Of a stretch of 64,000 nucleotides of DNA, positions 12,031 through 25,423 are shown in pieces. The stretch lies in assembly GCA_012026655.1 (NCBI GenBank), contig JAAILG010001186.1, positions 1 through 64,000 on the forward strand, read 5' to 3'. The stretch is from Hydrolagus affinis (lineage: Eukaryota). The notes under the pieces were generated by a model. That model had not been told where the DNA came from, did no database searches, and was given only the letters and a program-made list of their open reading frames with translations. Position 1 is the first letter of the stretch, and each line of letters begins with the position of its first letter. Position numbers and translations under genes: made by a program.

Positions 12031-13583
12031 GATTGCCCACCCTGGCATTAAGAGTAAAAAGTAGAGAGCTGTTTCATTCCACAGAACTCTCATCTGTTGG
12101 CTTGATGAAAATAGAGTAGAAGCAATTGGTATACAGGTACAGTATTTGTTTGAGGGTCATCTTGATGTGGTAGCTGACTGATAAAGGTATTTCTATGCAA
12201 TTCTGTTCTGAATTTTTTTGCACCCACCAGCATAATAATCCCATCCATATATGTTTTACCTCATCCCACAACCACAATAATTTCAGTGCTTCAGTCACAT
12301 GCTTAATTCATTGAGTGATCAGAAGACTACAATATTTATTACATGAATGGTTACTGCCAGAATACAAGCATTCAAAGTGCAAATGGTATAATTGTGAAAA
12401 CTGTGGCAGGTGTCTTCTGCCCCCAGATAATGTTTCTGAAAGATTATAATTATTTCCATTGAATCTCCAGAATATGAACCCCATACACAAGAGTGTAGAT
12501 CAAATGTCTACATCTTTGGGCCAGGGAAAGCTACGTGAATTGCTGCATACAAGCACGTCATATTGTACAATGAATAAGCCGAGTGTGGCTTACCTTGTGA
12601 AAATTGGTTGCGGGCAACAAGATATCAGTTATAAAATAACCCGCTGTGCACATGCCAGCTCAGAGTCAACATCACACGAGTCTAGCAAACTTTTCACACA
12701 AAAGATTTTTCACAGTAATGAAGATTTTTCTTTACTGTAATTTCTACTGTACAGTTTGGGTTTAGAGAGATTGTAGTACTAGAATGTTTTTGTTGACTAG
12801 ACTATTGCCAATTTATATTTGGCATGATGTCCAATTATCTGCACTATGTGTTTACCACAATAGGTCTGGTCCCAATTAAAGGAAACATTTGGCTGTCCAC
12901 TCACCAATGAAAAAGAACACCTGAAAATGCATCCTCTCTAGTCCATGGATCATAGCAACTGATGCTCACACCTTTTGTTTTCATCGCCTTCCATCTGAAA
13001 GGACCCTACTGTTCTAATTGAGACATAAACCAATGTCAATATAAAATCTAGTGTTGCCACCTACCATTTTCTTCCAAACATCATTGCGACATTCTGACAA
13101 TCAAATCTTTACCTTCTCCTGAAAAATCAATCTTATTTAAATACTGACAAATCAAGGATAACAGCAAGTAAAGAACCTTGTAAAAGCTGGGTACATTATA
13201 GTTGAAATTATGTGAAGGGTAATATAATTACCCTTCACGTTTCTTTAAGTTAACCGTATGTAATTCAAAGTAATTATTATGATATTCAATGTCACAGAAG
13301 GAAGGTGTTTATAAAAGACAACTAAATTAAGCGATTTGTTATGAAATTGCATAGGGTTAGAAATTCTTCAACCTATGTTCACCTTCTCTCTTGCTCGGCA
13401 TCTAACCTAAGCACTGTGCAGTGCTTCCAGGCCCTATCCTGCAAGAAAGACACTTTAAATTCAAGTTATTGTTGTAGAGTGATGCAGCATGTTAATGACT
13501 TATATCCACATAGAGTAGCAAAGACTTTCATTTCGACCACTGTACAAAGAGGTTCGGGGTCCAAAGATAACATTTCACAAACA

Positions 13584-13774
13584 AAAACAGAAGTTGCTGG
13601 GGAAATTCAGCAGGTCAGGGCATCCATGAAGAAAGGAAAAGGAGTCAACGTTTCGGGTCTACAACCCTTCGTCATGAGTTCTGACGAAGGGTTGTAGACC
13701 CAAAACGTTGACTCCTTTTCCTTTCTCCATGGATGCTGCCTGACCTGCTGAGTTTCCCCAGGAACTTCTGTTTT
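13584..13774. mobile_element. Penelope-like near-perfect palindrome with hammerhead-like motif
   Basis: Arms 13584-13674 and 13682-13774 are near-exact reverse complements around a 7-nt spacer; same family as 3985-4225. Confidence 0.8.
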
Positions 13775-14005
13775 AGTAACTTTTCACAAACCTGGTACAC
13801 TGCTTCTATCGTTATGATATCTATCACAATGGCTTCCTCTGTTAGTGAAAGTTGTCATCAATTACATTGCTGAAAGACAAGCATTTCAAAACATAGATGA
13901 TTTGGACAGTAGTTTTAAACAACAAGTTCCCATCTAATCTCTATTGCCAGCTTCATCCTGCATTGCCAATTTTATGTCCAATACTTATGACGACAACAAC
14001 AACTT

Positions 14006-14135
14006 CATAGAATCATAGAATGTTATGACACAGAAGGAGGCCATTCGGCCCATCGAGTCTGTGCCAGCTCTTTGACCGAGCAAGTCATTTTTGTTAACCC
14101 CAATCACCAGCTTTCTCCCCATAACCCTGCAAACC
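14006..14135 (-). mobile_element. CR1 LINE extreme 3' end
   Basis: CATAGAATCATAGAAT terminal octamer repeats plus GAAGGAGGCCATTCGGCCCATCGAGTCTGTGCCAGCTCT. Confidence 0.85.
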
Positions 14136-16139
14136 CGTCTTCCCCAAAAGACAAAGAAATGCAAATAAACTTGCATTTATCTAGCACCCTTCACACTAGG
14201 TGGCTATATGACAGCCAATTTTAAATCATGATTCCTTAACATCAGAGAGAATTAATCTTATTGCTTGCAGAAGGTTAGCAGGTCTACAACAGCATTATTA
14301 TTATTGCAGAAATACAACCAAAATACTGTCTGCAGAACCCATCAGACCATGACGTTGGCTATTTTACATTCTCAAGAGAATGTGCAGAATTTGTTTTAAT
14401 CAATGTGAAAAATTAATAGACTTCACTCCATTCTTTGTTTGACTCCCAATCCACTTGAAAGCTAAGTCCTATTCTTTTGAGCCCCCTGTTCTATGACTAA
14501 TCAGCACATTATATTTTGTGCACTAGAACTATATGTTATGCAAATTGACATCAATAAGCAGCTTTTCAGCTTTCTTTGTGTTACAGCCACTTACTGAGAA
14601 GTAAATGATCTCACTGCCATTATAGTTAGGAGCAGAAAAGCATTGTTTCCAGCCTGTATCATGCATATCCAGTATTTAGGCCAGTAAGTACAAAATGGGT
14701 GGTGGGGGGGGAGGAGAAATTCTATTGAGTATTAACAACAGTATTAAGGAGTATTTTATATTTCATATTATGTTTACACACAGGCCGACATACTTCAAGT
14801 CACCTGATAGATTTATGATGATAAACATTCAATGCAGTTGCAGCCTCTTGATTCTCAGTGCCAATAAAGCTTGAATCTGCCAAAATGCAATGAAATGATT
14901 TCTGGCAGTTTTTTTTGCTGGGCTGATGATTACATCACAAATAAATTTCCATCAACAGAGAGATGATACTGAGCAATGAAACACCAATACACAACTCCAT
15001 AAAGTGTGAAGACACAAGGATTGATCCCTTATGCCTTCATTTGCATATTACTATACATGTTTTGCAATTCTTTTGGCTGAGGTATTTGTTCTCCAAAACA
15101 CAGATTGCATGTGTCCCGAGCATATGTGTACATTTTTAAAAAAAATATTTTACTCAAGAATATTTAGCAAATAATTTTTCAACTAGAACTAGGAATGGAC
15201 TCTCTTCTCTTTGGTATGTTTAGCAGTCTTAACTAAATTGAGACTGGGTAGTACTCAACCAAAATCCAGTTTATCGACCCAGAGAACAAAACTGGTCATT
15301 ATTCTACACTAATTGACAATCATTCAGAGACAGCATACAGATGGATAACTGTCATGGGACACTGTAAGAGAGATTCAAGCTTTGGCTTGGGAAAAGATGG
15401 ATAAGTGTACATATCTCTGTGGAAGTTGAGCATGGTGTGTAATGGGCAAAGCCAGTTCTTGCAAAACTCATTCAGATTGCTAAACGCCCATTAGTTCATT
15501 GTCCACATGTCCACATATCTGTTGTATATGTATGTATGTGGTCGTGGTGGTGGTGGTCGGGGGGGGGGGGTATTTTACATCTGGATAAGAAAGTGAAAAA
15601 AACTGACTATTTGATTGGCAACTGTGGAAAATAAAACTGGTGAAGTATAGCAATTTGTTTTGGAGGTAAGGGATAAAGTATGCTCTTGAAGCGAACTTAC
15701 TCCACACAGTTATTAATTTATTATTATATCCAGTTACAATTATTGTTCTGTATTTCAGCTGAGAATCCTTACATGAGTTATCCAAAGCAGGATAGGTATT
15801 TCCTAACATTTTGTTTCTCTCTTTGATCATTAAACAGGCAAGTACTATAAAATAATGAATTAATGGTGTTGGCTTTGCAACCTGCTGTATCACGAAAAAT
15901 TAGTGCTGATGGTTTACAAGGTGTAAACTGTAAAATATCTCATTAGTACAATTTTTTGACGATATGTCAATGAGTTGAACCTCATGGCTACACTGGAGTT
16001 GCTGGCATTGCCTTCAATGTTATCAGACAGTGAAAATCTTGTCAAATTTATCATGTATTCATTTACTGTTAAACAGAACATTTCTCAAATTTCTTTCTCT
16101 TACTCCCCCCACCCACCTGTGAAAGGGCTATCTTTTCCT

Positions 16140-16515
16140 GGGGTACGGATGGTATCAAAGCAACTATGTCTCAGCGACCATTCTTTATGTGTAAAAGTAG
16201 GGAGTGCGTGTCAGTAGGACACTCAACCATAGGGGGCAACAAAGCAGTGCTTGATACAGTTCTCACCTCACACACAAACACGCGCAAGCAAGCACACATA
16301 TACATTTTCTGACAGGGGTCACTGGATAACAATCAGAAGTAAGGACTCTCCCTGATTTTCTCCTCAGTGGCTGAGAGCACTGAGACCAATTGTAGATCTC
16401 CAACTGCTGCCCAGTCCAGGAGTCAGAACAGGTCTGAGATTGATCTTGTGACCTTCATCATGTGCAGGATTCCATATTCAGATATACACCACGTGGGTAC
16501 ATTTGTCCACTGAAC
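16140..16515 (-). mobile_element. Ancient tRNA-derived SINE (AmnSINE2-like), long copy
   Basis: CAGGGGTCACTGGATAACAATCAGAAG...CACTGAGACCAATTGTAG...CTGCTGCCC...GACCTTC; related copies occur elsewhere in the window. Confidence 0.6.
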
Positions 16516-17500
16516 TAGAGGCTTAACTTCATTAAAGTACGTTACAAAACAAAAGCTGAAGCAAAAGATCTTATCAAATGGAAGACTTGTCCAAGGTTTA
16601 ATGATCTAGTCAAATTTGCATAACATGTAAGAAACTAATCGAATTTGGGATCACCAATAGAAAATTAAGCTTGCTATATGGGGTTTTAGGCAACTTTGGC
16701 TGCAAATCTCTTTTTGATTTATTTATTTGAATGAAACAGCTGTGTAGCATAGGATTACACTAAACAATTATATGCTCTGAAAACTAACAGAATAAACTTT
16801 CAAACAGATGTAATCTTTAGCAATTAACTATATTTTGTGACACCCTGTAATAGCTGCAACAATCCTCTTGAAAATACAAGCTTCCATTCAGGCATCCAAA
16901 GCCATATCTAAAGGCCTTCACTTTCGAAAAGAGCTTGCTGATGTTTGTTGACAAGACTGAATGGGGTTACTTGTTGTCATGGTGCAAAACACTGTATTTA
17001 TTTTCCTTTTATTGCTAGCAACAGGGAGCCTTTTTTAAATATACAAACCAATGTGCTTTGTATCTCCATCACTATCTGAATTTCACAGTCCGGTTTCCTA
17101 CTGTGTACTTTGTGTCATCTATTCAAGCAGTCAAATATTGCAGGGCTTCATCAAAATTTTTGAAGAATTAGCAAAAGTGGGGAAATTATACATATTATCT
17201 TAAAACAGCTCGATCTCTTCATTTCACACAAGTCGTCAAAATCTTTCACACACAAACTGCTCACTTTTATGCTGACCATTCCTTTCTCAAGAGTGATTAT
17301 TTCATCAATATTGAAGTCACTGCACAGCACTTTGAAACTTAGTGCTGGTTTACTTCAATGATCTTGAATTGCAGTACTGTAATTAGGTATGCAGAAAATT
17401 CTCACACAAAGTCAATGATGTGGAAATCTAGACAACTGTACATTACTAGTTTATAGTTTTTTTATATAGTCTCCTACTAAGTTTTGACTACATTTTAAAT

Positions 17501-17675
17501 CGGTCATTTCAATCCATAACTGTTTCTGGGACACTGATGTGTGCAATTGGCTGTCGCGTTTCGCCCACAAATATACAATCAATTCATTTTACAGTATATT
17601 CTGTGAAGTGCTTTGAGATGTCTGGATGACACGAAAAGCGCTATATCAAATGCAAGGATTATTATTATTGTTATT
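17501..17675 (+). mobile_element. tRNA-SINE 3' half with (ATT)n tail
   Basis: GGTCATTTCAATCC...TGTGAAGTGCTTTGAGATGTC...AAAAGCGCTATATCAAATGCAAGGATTATTATT. Confidence 0.9.
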
Positions 17676-17864
17676 AGAACAAGAGATTTTGATCTCTACA
17701 GGAAGCTAACGGTCTCCTGAACTCATACTGGAGTTTCTCTGCTTTCTCCCTCCCTATGAAATTAAGCATTAGACATCAGACTATGCCTTCAGCCACATTT
17801 CTCCTTGGCCCTGGCTCCCCACCCTTAGTTGTGTGCAAATTTACAGAGTTTTAGCAAAACACAC

Positions 17865-18097
17865 CAAGAGAGAAAAAAGGTTAAAAACAGATCAGAGCGA
17901 ATGAGGGACACCATGAGATAAAAGAAATTCAGAGAGGTAGAAAGTTAGAATGAGTCAGGGATTGAGCCAGAGTGAGAAAATGGCAGAAGGTGAGAAAAAG
18001 AGACAATGTTAAAGTGAGGTAGAAAGATAGAATTTCAGGAAAGAAAGTTAACAAGAGAAAGTTAGAGAAAATAGGCAGAAAGAGACAAAAAAAAAGG
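17865..18097. repeat. GA-rich low-complexity tract
   Basis: Strongly purine-biased plus strand (AGAGA/GAAAG runs). Confidence 0.6.
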
Positions 18098-18459
18098 CTG
18101 GCACAATGGGGTACACAAGAGACAGTTGCAAGTTTTTGGTTAGCTAAGTTGCATTGTGCTTAACAACGTGTTTGTAATCCATATGGTTTCCACATCCATA
18201 ATGGGGCCTGTCCTAATTTGTATGGATATCAGGCTTTTAATTTTATGTATCACACTTCACCTCAGTGCGCATGCACTTCCTGGCAAGTGGTCTCCAAACT
18301 ATCAGACCACTAATGAGCCACACAGCTGATTATTGTCAGGTGATGGGGCTGATTGAGCAACTATCAGGCCATCTGCACCATGGAGCAAGGGAGCCTCCAC
18401 TTAATCGCTGATAAAGTGCAAAGATTATTATCCGAGACTGTAACACCCACAGCAAACAT

Positions 18460-18612
18460 AATGATAATCCTTGCATTTGATATCGTCTCGATGTCTCAAA
18501 GCACTTCACTGGATATGCTGCAACATTGTTTTGAATGTGTATTGTGTGGGTAAAACGCAGCAGCCAATTGCGCACAGCAATGTCTCACAAACAGCCATGG
18601 AGTGAGTGATCA
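18460..18612 (-). mobile_element. tRNA-SINE/DeuSINE 3' half
   Basis: ATAATCCTTGCATTTGATAT...TCTCAAAGCACTTCAC...GCAGCCAATTGCGCACAGCAATGTCTCACAAACAG. Confidence 0.8.
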
Positions 18613-19439
18613 ATTTGGAGGAATTTGTTGGTTAGACTCTAAGTGAATATCTACCAACTCCCTACTCCCCTCCATACTCAGCTTCTTCTAAAGTTAAAGA
18701 TCCTTTGACCATATTTGAAAAAAGAAGGTTTCTCCCAACATAATGGGCTTCACAATCCACCAGGTAAATTAATCATTCACTTCAATGCCTGATTGTGAGA
18801 TTTCTCTGTGTGCCAATTGGCTGTCAAGTTCACCAACAAAAATACTATGATATGCAAGGATTATTATTAAAGTGCAGGGTTCAACATGAATGCTCCTCTA
18901 TTTAAAAAAAAAGTTTAATTTTGATTAATATAGATCTTCCTTCAAAACTGATAGAATTTGCCATATTTTTGCTTTAATAGGGTGCATTGATACAACTAAT
19001 GGAAGAATTGAATCAGGAAAGTAACTGAGTGTGGCTGAATGAAAATATATACAGGTTAGTTGAAGCCACATAATCGCTGAAGCATCCTGTCACTGACAAT
19101 AGCGGTGCCGACATTAATTTAATCTCAGTAACTCCACCCAGCTAATTCCTCCACTAATTATCTGTATTTAGCCATTGATAGAAACAAATTGAACAACTAA
19201 AACTCCCCCAAATAATTTATATTAAATTGTGATTCCGCGATATTTAAAGAGTAGTCGTTGTACTTGTGGTAGACTCCCTCTTAGTTTTAATAGGCTGCTG
19301 CAGAATGGGATAAAAATAATTAGGCAAATTATATCATGTTGCGATACATTAAAATAGGAAATGTGAAGTACAATTTTTCTTTCAATTTAGCTGTTATTTT
19401 GTTGCTGCCAACCACCTGATATTGTAGACTCTAGTTTGG

Positions 19440-19590
19440 GGTACAGTTTCACAGCCACCAGCTGCCTCTGATGCCTTGTCCAAGTTGACTGTTCTTGAAG
19501 TGTGGACAATGGACAGTGTTGGCAGACGATGTGTTCACAGTAGCCAAGCCTAATTGAATCTTTACCCAGCTTTCATACATTGGATTCCCA
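19440..19590 (-). mobile_element. AmnSINE2-like SINE 3' fragment
   Basis: CCAAGTTGACTGTTCTTGAAGTGTG...AGTGTTGGCAGAC similar to 16160-16260 and 31835-31925. Confidence 0.45.
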
Positions 19591-22500
19591 TGATTCATGT
19601 GAGAGTCATAAACCACACAAAATTGTACACTCTGTACTCCTTGACCTTGCCACACCTTCGTATCCCATTCTTTGCCAGTAATTATTCAATTTTTTAAAAA
19701 TGGATTAACAAAGTCACATATTTAAACTATCGAATTAATCTCAGCAACCCTGAGTTTGTGAAGCAAATAAAGAAAGTTCTCAAATTCTACAATCTCATTC
19801 CAAACGTTATCAATTTCCTTCGACATTGTCCTTTCCTTGTGCCTGATCATGTCTCCTTTCAATCTTCGTTTGAAAACTGGTTCAGCTCTGTGAGTTCCAC
19901 TGACAATCTGGAGCCCTGAGTCCCAAAGAAACCATTGTTACTATGGTAGAAACCTTCTCTAATGCATGTTTGATGTCATCCACAAATCCTATATTTTCTC
20001 AATCCATGTAAAATTGCCAGAACTGACTCTTGCAACCTTCACTTATCGCTGGCTCCAATCAAAGCTTGTTCATTCTCACCTACTACCTGCTATTGCTCAA
20101 CCAGTTTTGAGCCAGTTAACTAACTTGCTACAAATTACAAAACCTTACATTTTCTTTATAAATCTCATATATGGAGCTTTATCAATAGACTTGCAATAAT
20201 AAGAAACAAAATAATTCAACCAATGAACACTTTGATATGTTTTCTATTGGGTGAGTTGCAAATAGTTTATTGAACAGTCACAGGTTTCCTGTCTCAGGAC
20301 ATGTAATGGAGAGGTTATGTACTCACACTATGCAACCCTGATAATACATTTCCATAGCAGTCAATAATTCATAATGATATATTTTGGACTTTAGTTGCAG
20401 TATTGAACAATACTGCTTCACATGCAATTTAATTAATAATCAAACATTCTACCCAACAATAATATTTGACAACACCTTAGCCAGTATAAAATCTTCCAGT
20501 TGCAATGCTAAAAAGCCAATATTGTTATATAAAATACGCAAGTTAAAGTATACAAATGCATTGTGTTCACTACATTGATATTTTCCACAAGTCATGGTAC
20601 TGAAGGAGTACCACCTGTTTGGCTTTGGAATACTTCAATGTATCAATCTGTCCAGAATTATAGTGACAACAATTGTTTTGAAGGACAGTCCTTCAAGTCC
20701 CCATTCTTGCCTTGTCCTGTTAACTTGATTCAGATAATAATTCCTAAGGTAAATCTAACTTCTATGGCATATATCTAGTAAATAAGTTACTCAGTTACCA
20801 TTAATTAAAACTAAGGCTGTGGCATGCCCCCATAAAAATGATGTGTATTGGAAAAAAAAGACAAAAACTATTCTGTATAGGTAAAGCATCAACTTGAACT
20901 TTGGAATTTCCAGTCTCTGGATTGTCTCCTTTATTGTAATCAGTTTTCATTACAGCTCTTTGATCTCTATCCTTTCTTTGTACACAACACTTCATCACCC
21001 TTATTTTGTGCCATAATTGCTTGAGAAAGATTTCTTCTTTGATAGAGGTTGGATGCCAAATCACTATTAGAAAGAGTGTTGAAAAGTGTCATATGTGCCG
21101 TCTGTGTTTTTTTTATAAAATCCATACACCTGCAGAAGAAAAACAATTTTTCATAGATATGACATATCTATCATCCCTCTGCAGGATATGAGCTGTTCTG
21201 TGTGCTTAATAGTGAGGGCTTTGCATGGTGGAATACTAAGTGCTGAAAGAAATTTGCAGCATGTTACACACTGTCTGGCAGCCTTCCCCGACCTCATCTC
21301 ATCTAGCCCTCTGATAATTCACAATTTGTGTTCCACAGGGCTCATCACTCTAGCTGAGAGAGTGCCTAGATGGGGCCCTGTCTCTGCTCTCTGTCAGTCT
21401 GTCAGTCAGGTGTGTCTGTCTCCCATCACCTACTGACAGAACCACATGCTTCTCAATTATAGCCTAGCCACCGTTTTCACTGATTTCAACAACTGATGAA
21501 GACATTAATTCTAACATGTTTATACCAAGATATCAGAACCTCCCCCTTTGGATTTCTAAAATATCCCAAAGAAGAAGAAGAAACAGGATGATTCCTGCAC
21601 TCCCCCCAAAAAATAGAACTCCTACTTTGGCACCACACATCTCTATTGACATCAAAAATGATAATATCTATCAGCGATCTGCCAACTCCCAAGTGGATTG
21701 GGTGGAGAACAAAAGCACGACTGTCTCTCTCTGTTGCGGTTACAAGGAGATGTTGATGTACCTGCCATTCAGGTGCAAATAGTATCATCATGACTGCATA
21801 AATCAAAGCTTTTAGCCACTCAAACCACCCACTGAAAATGGGCTCCGTTTGCCTTTTCTGTTCATTCCATAAACAAAATCCAGGGATGCTGCAATCAACA
21901 GTGGAGCAGACAGTAACGAGAGACAAAAGCAAGCATTAGCTATACTTGCCATTGGTATAAATAGTTGAGGTGATGATTAATGACTTGAGGGAAAGCATTA
22001 GCCGGCGTGATGAACAGAGACAAAGCCTGTCTGCTCAGCTGCCCACAAACAAGACAGGCTGCATCCACATAACCGCTGAAAGTGACAAACAAAAAAAAGG
22101 CAATGCAATGGACAGCACATGAAGACTTAATTGAACCCCAATGGCTCCTCAGAGCTTTATTAACACTTTGACATTCTCAGATGATGAGGTCAAAAAGGCT
22201 CCAAGCATGCATTTGTTGAAAAAAGTGCACATTGATGTGCTACAGTCAGACATTAAACTATATAGAGGAGAAGATGAATACCGAGATGGGGTGACCCAAA
22301 AGGACACTTCAATGTTCAGATGTCAAATGTGCCAAAACTGAGTTAGTTAAAAGAAGTTTATTTTCTGTCTCAACAAAGAGAGAGAAGCAAAAAGCTGAAA
22401 TACCCCAGCGGGGATTTCTCCACAGGCTTTTCACACGCGATAGCTTTATTGGAAGATCTTCATGTTAAAACGATAAAACAGAACAGTGTACATCAGTTTG

Positions 22501-23889
22501 GGGAAATAAAATTGCAAGCTTGCGAGTTCGATGCTTGCAAAGGATGTTTGTCTAAGTTTTGAGCTTGCAATGCTCAAAAATATCTGGGATTAACATTTTT
22601 AAAACTCGTCAAAAGAAAAAGTATTCTTTTACAGAAAATAAACTCACGCTTTTACATTGCCTCATTAAAAGTGGTTTTGAGAGTTAGTGGCATGCCTTTA
22701 TTATAACTCACAAACATAATGGAGATGTAATGGTCCTTCGCTTCAGTTCCTCTATTGGGGAGCGCGGGGAGGGAATGGGAGGTTATGCTGGGAAAACTGA
22801 AAAGTTCTGTAAATCAATAAGTTAAATATAACATTGGGTTTAGTTTGAAACAATTGCAGATGCAGTCAGTGGAAGATCAGGAAATACCTAATCAGAAATC
22901 TTAGATAGTTTTAAGACACACTGCTACAAAGGAGGATTAATTCTGAATAATTACCTTTCCTCATGTAGAGTTATGTCTATAATCACAATCACTGCCTTTA
23001 TATTCTCTAAGTTTGAAATGGAAGCTGGGGAATTTTTTGAAAACTCATAAAAAAAATACATAAAATTTTTCATAAATATTAATGGCTTGGGACTGATGTG
23101 ATAGAACATTTGTATGTGTCATAATATTAAGTGTCAAAATAGCAGTAACGATTTATGAAATAAAAAAGCTCTAAATCATCCAAATAGGTATCAGATCTTT
23201 AGTTTGCTATCTTTTACAGCCTACGAAGAAAAAAAATGACATGAAATTGAACAGGCCAATAGTTAATACAAATCATTGAGCACGTCACTGTCAATTGAGG
23301 GAGATTGATTTTCAAATTGATGACAAGAGGATAATACCTTAATTCTACATATTAAAATACTGCGGCCCAATAAGTAAAAATAGCTTTGAACGGTAGCTTT
23401 AGCCTGCATTGCAGGTCTGAAAAGGATAATCTTATAAGAATGGTAAAGTGACACATCACAGCTCAACATTCTGCATGGAACACAGCATTGAGCATTGAGG
23501 CATCTTTAATCTAAGTTATCTTAGATGAACAATTGGCTGTAAAATATTATTAAGATTACTGCTTTACCCCAATGAAGAATTTATAATCTCTTTTGCAACC
23601 TTTAGTCTTCATCATATTTAATGGATTACTTTGAAGTTTGTATGGATTACTTTGAAGTGGAAATGACAGAAACTATTTAAAACTTAGTCACATTGATTCT
23701 TATTGTGACAGGAAGCTTACTGAGTTTATGCTCTCCTCATATGGAAAAACAGAACATCTTGTAGCAGCAGTGAGCTATCCAAGCCCTGCTGACTACTTCC
23801 AATTCTACCATCAGTTTTATCATTAAGCTATAAAGTGCTGAGTATTTACTTTAAATAAATAGCCATTACTTCCCTTCAAGGGCAGTTCC

Positions 23890-24130
23890 CAGCTTGAAAC
23901 TAAGCTGTACAGATCAGGAAGGTCAATCCCAAATCTATGATAACCTTAGCAGTGGCCTCTTGGGATGCTGCAGTTGGGTTTTAGTATCTCGGGATAGGAA
24001 AAGGGCATCTGGACTCACATGTCTGCCCTTTGTTCTGTGATTCTTATACTCATGGTATGGGTCTTTCTTGATAGTTTAATAGAATGTGTGGTTGGGTTAG
24101 CTCATGATGCCAGCAGAGCACTAAAGTCAT
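23890..24130 (+). mobile_element. AmnSINE2-like SINE, decayed
   Basis: GCTGTACAGATCAGGAAGGTC...GCTGCAGTTGG...GGGATAGGAA. Confidence 0.4.
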
Positions 24131-25380
24131 CTTCATCGCTACTGGAATAGGAAGAGAGACAGGGAAATTAGTCTATCTCATCATTAACTGCCACTTTCAG
24201 AAAAGGAAACTTCGGGAATGGGGAGGCAGAATTCACCTTTTTCACGATTGAACATATGGTTAGAAATTATCTTAACTGCAGACTCTACGTGGAAAAAAAT
24301 AGATACAGTAATGTAGACAGGCATTTCATACATTAGAAATATATAATATTTATGGTAACTTGTACACATGAGTTATGAGACAGAGATACTGGAGAGTAAG
24401 ACCTTCAGCTAACAGCACTACTGAGTCATTATCTTCACAATACAGATAATACAACAAATCATTTACAATCACTATTTAAGTAACATATACGACTAGATTT
24501 TGAGCTTCACACCCAGCTCGTATTGCAAAATTGAATTGAATGCAGTCAAGTGGACTCATCCAGATGTTTATCTGATAATTACTTCTAGATGCGCTTGAGA
24601 ACTCCAAATGCAGTGTTTACATATCTAATATTTATTGAATTAAGGACCTTATTAATTATCCAAAGAATTTTAAAAGCAAGCTAATTTTCACTTTCAGTAG
24701 CATTACCTATTTCTGCTTTGTTTCATTTTGGCTTTGTTCTCCAAATGGTTTTGAAGCTCATACTTTTGTGACTATTTAGAAACAAGTACAGTAACATTTA
24801 GATTTAGATTGTCCCAATGTGAAGTGCAAAGGATTGACCAACTGTGAAGCACAAAGGGTACTTAGGTTTTTAAAAGGTTAATATTTATTTTGACTTGGTA
24901 TGTATGCATTGCATCCCAGTAATAAGAATTATAAAGTGTACTATAATGATATTTGCACACTTTACAGTCTCGTTACCTTGTATGTATAGCCCATTAAAAA
25001 ACAAATAAATATGATATATGATATAATTATTGATTTGCTACCACTGTTGAAAAGCACTGCACTCAGCTGCATAAACATGATGTTTCCAAAATGTAAATTT
25101 AACATAATACAACATTACAGGCTGCGGCTTACTTACAGCTTCCAGTTATAAAAATTTTTTAAGATTAAAACAATAATTTCCAGCAAGCGGTAGAGAATGT
25201 TTGGCAAAATGAAGAACTCCATTTGCAAGAGTTTATGGGTTTTGAGAACCTGCTGCTTTTAAGTGCAGTGATAAATGCAACACAACACTCTGATTTGGTG
25301 CAAGACTTTTGTTTCTAGGGAAATTTCTTCTTTTTAACTAAGTACTCAATCATATCGTACAGTTCATTCCTTCCCACAAC

Positions 25381-25423
25381 TCCCCCCACCACCACCCCCA
25401 CCCCACCCCCACCCCCACCCCCA
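25381..25423 (-). repeat. (GGGGGT)n-like simple repeat, G-quadruplex-forming potential on the LRMDA sense strand
   Basis: Plus strand CCCCCCACCACCACCCCCACCCCACCCCCACCCCCACCCCCA. Confidence 0.7.

Noticed and set aside
21486-21932. 148-aa minus-strand ORF
   Set aside because: No recognisable homology or convincing splice sites; more plausibly non-coding.
23621-23658. 17-bp tandem duplication ATGGATTACTTTGAAGT
   Set aside because: Ordinary slippage duplication with no further structure.
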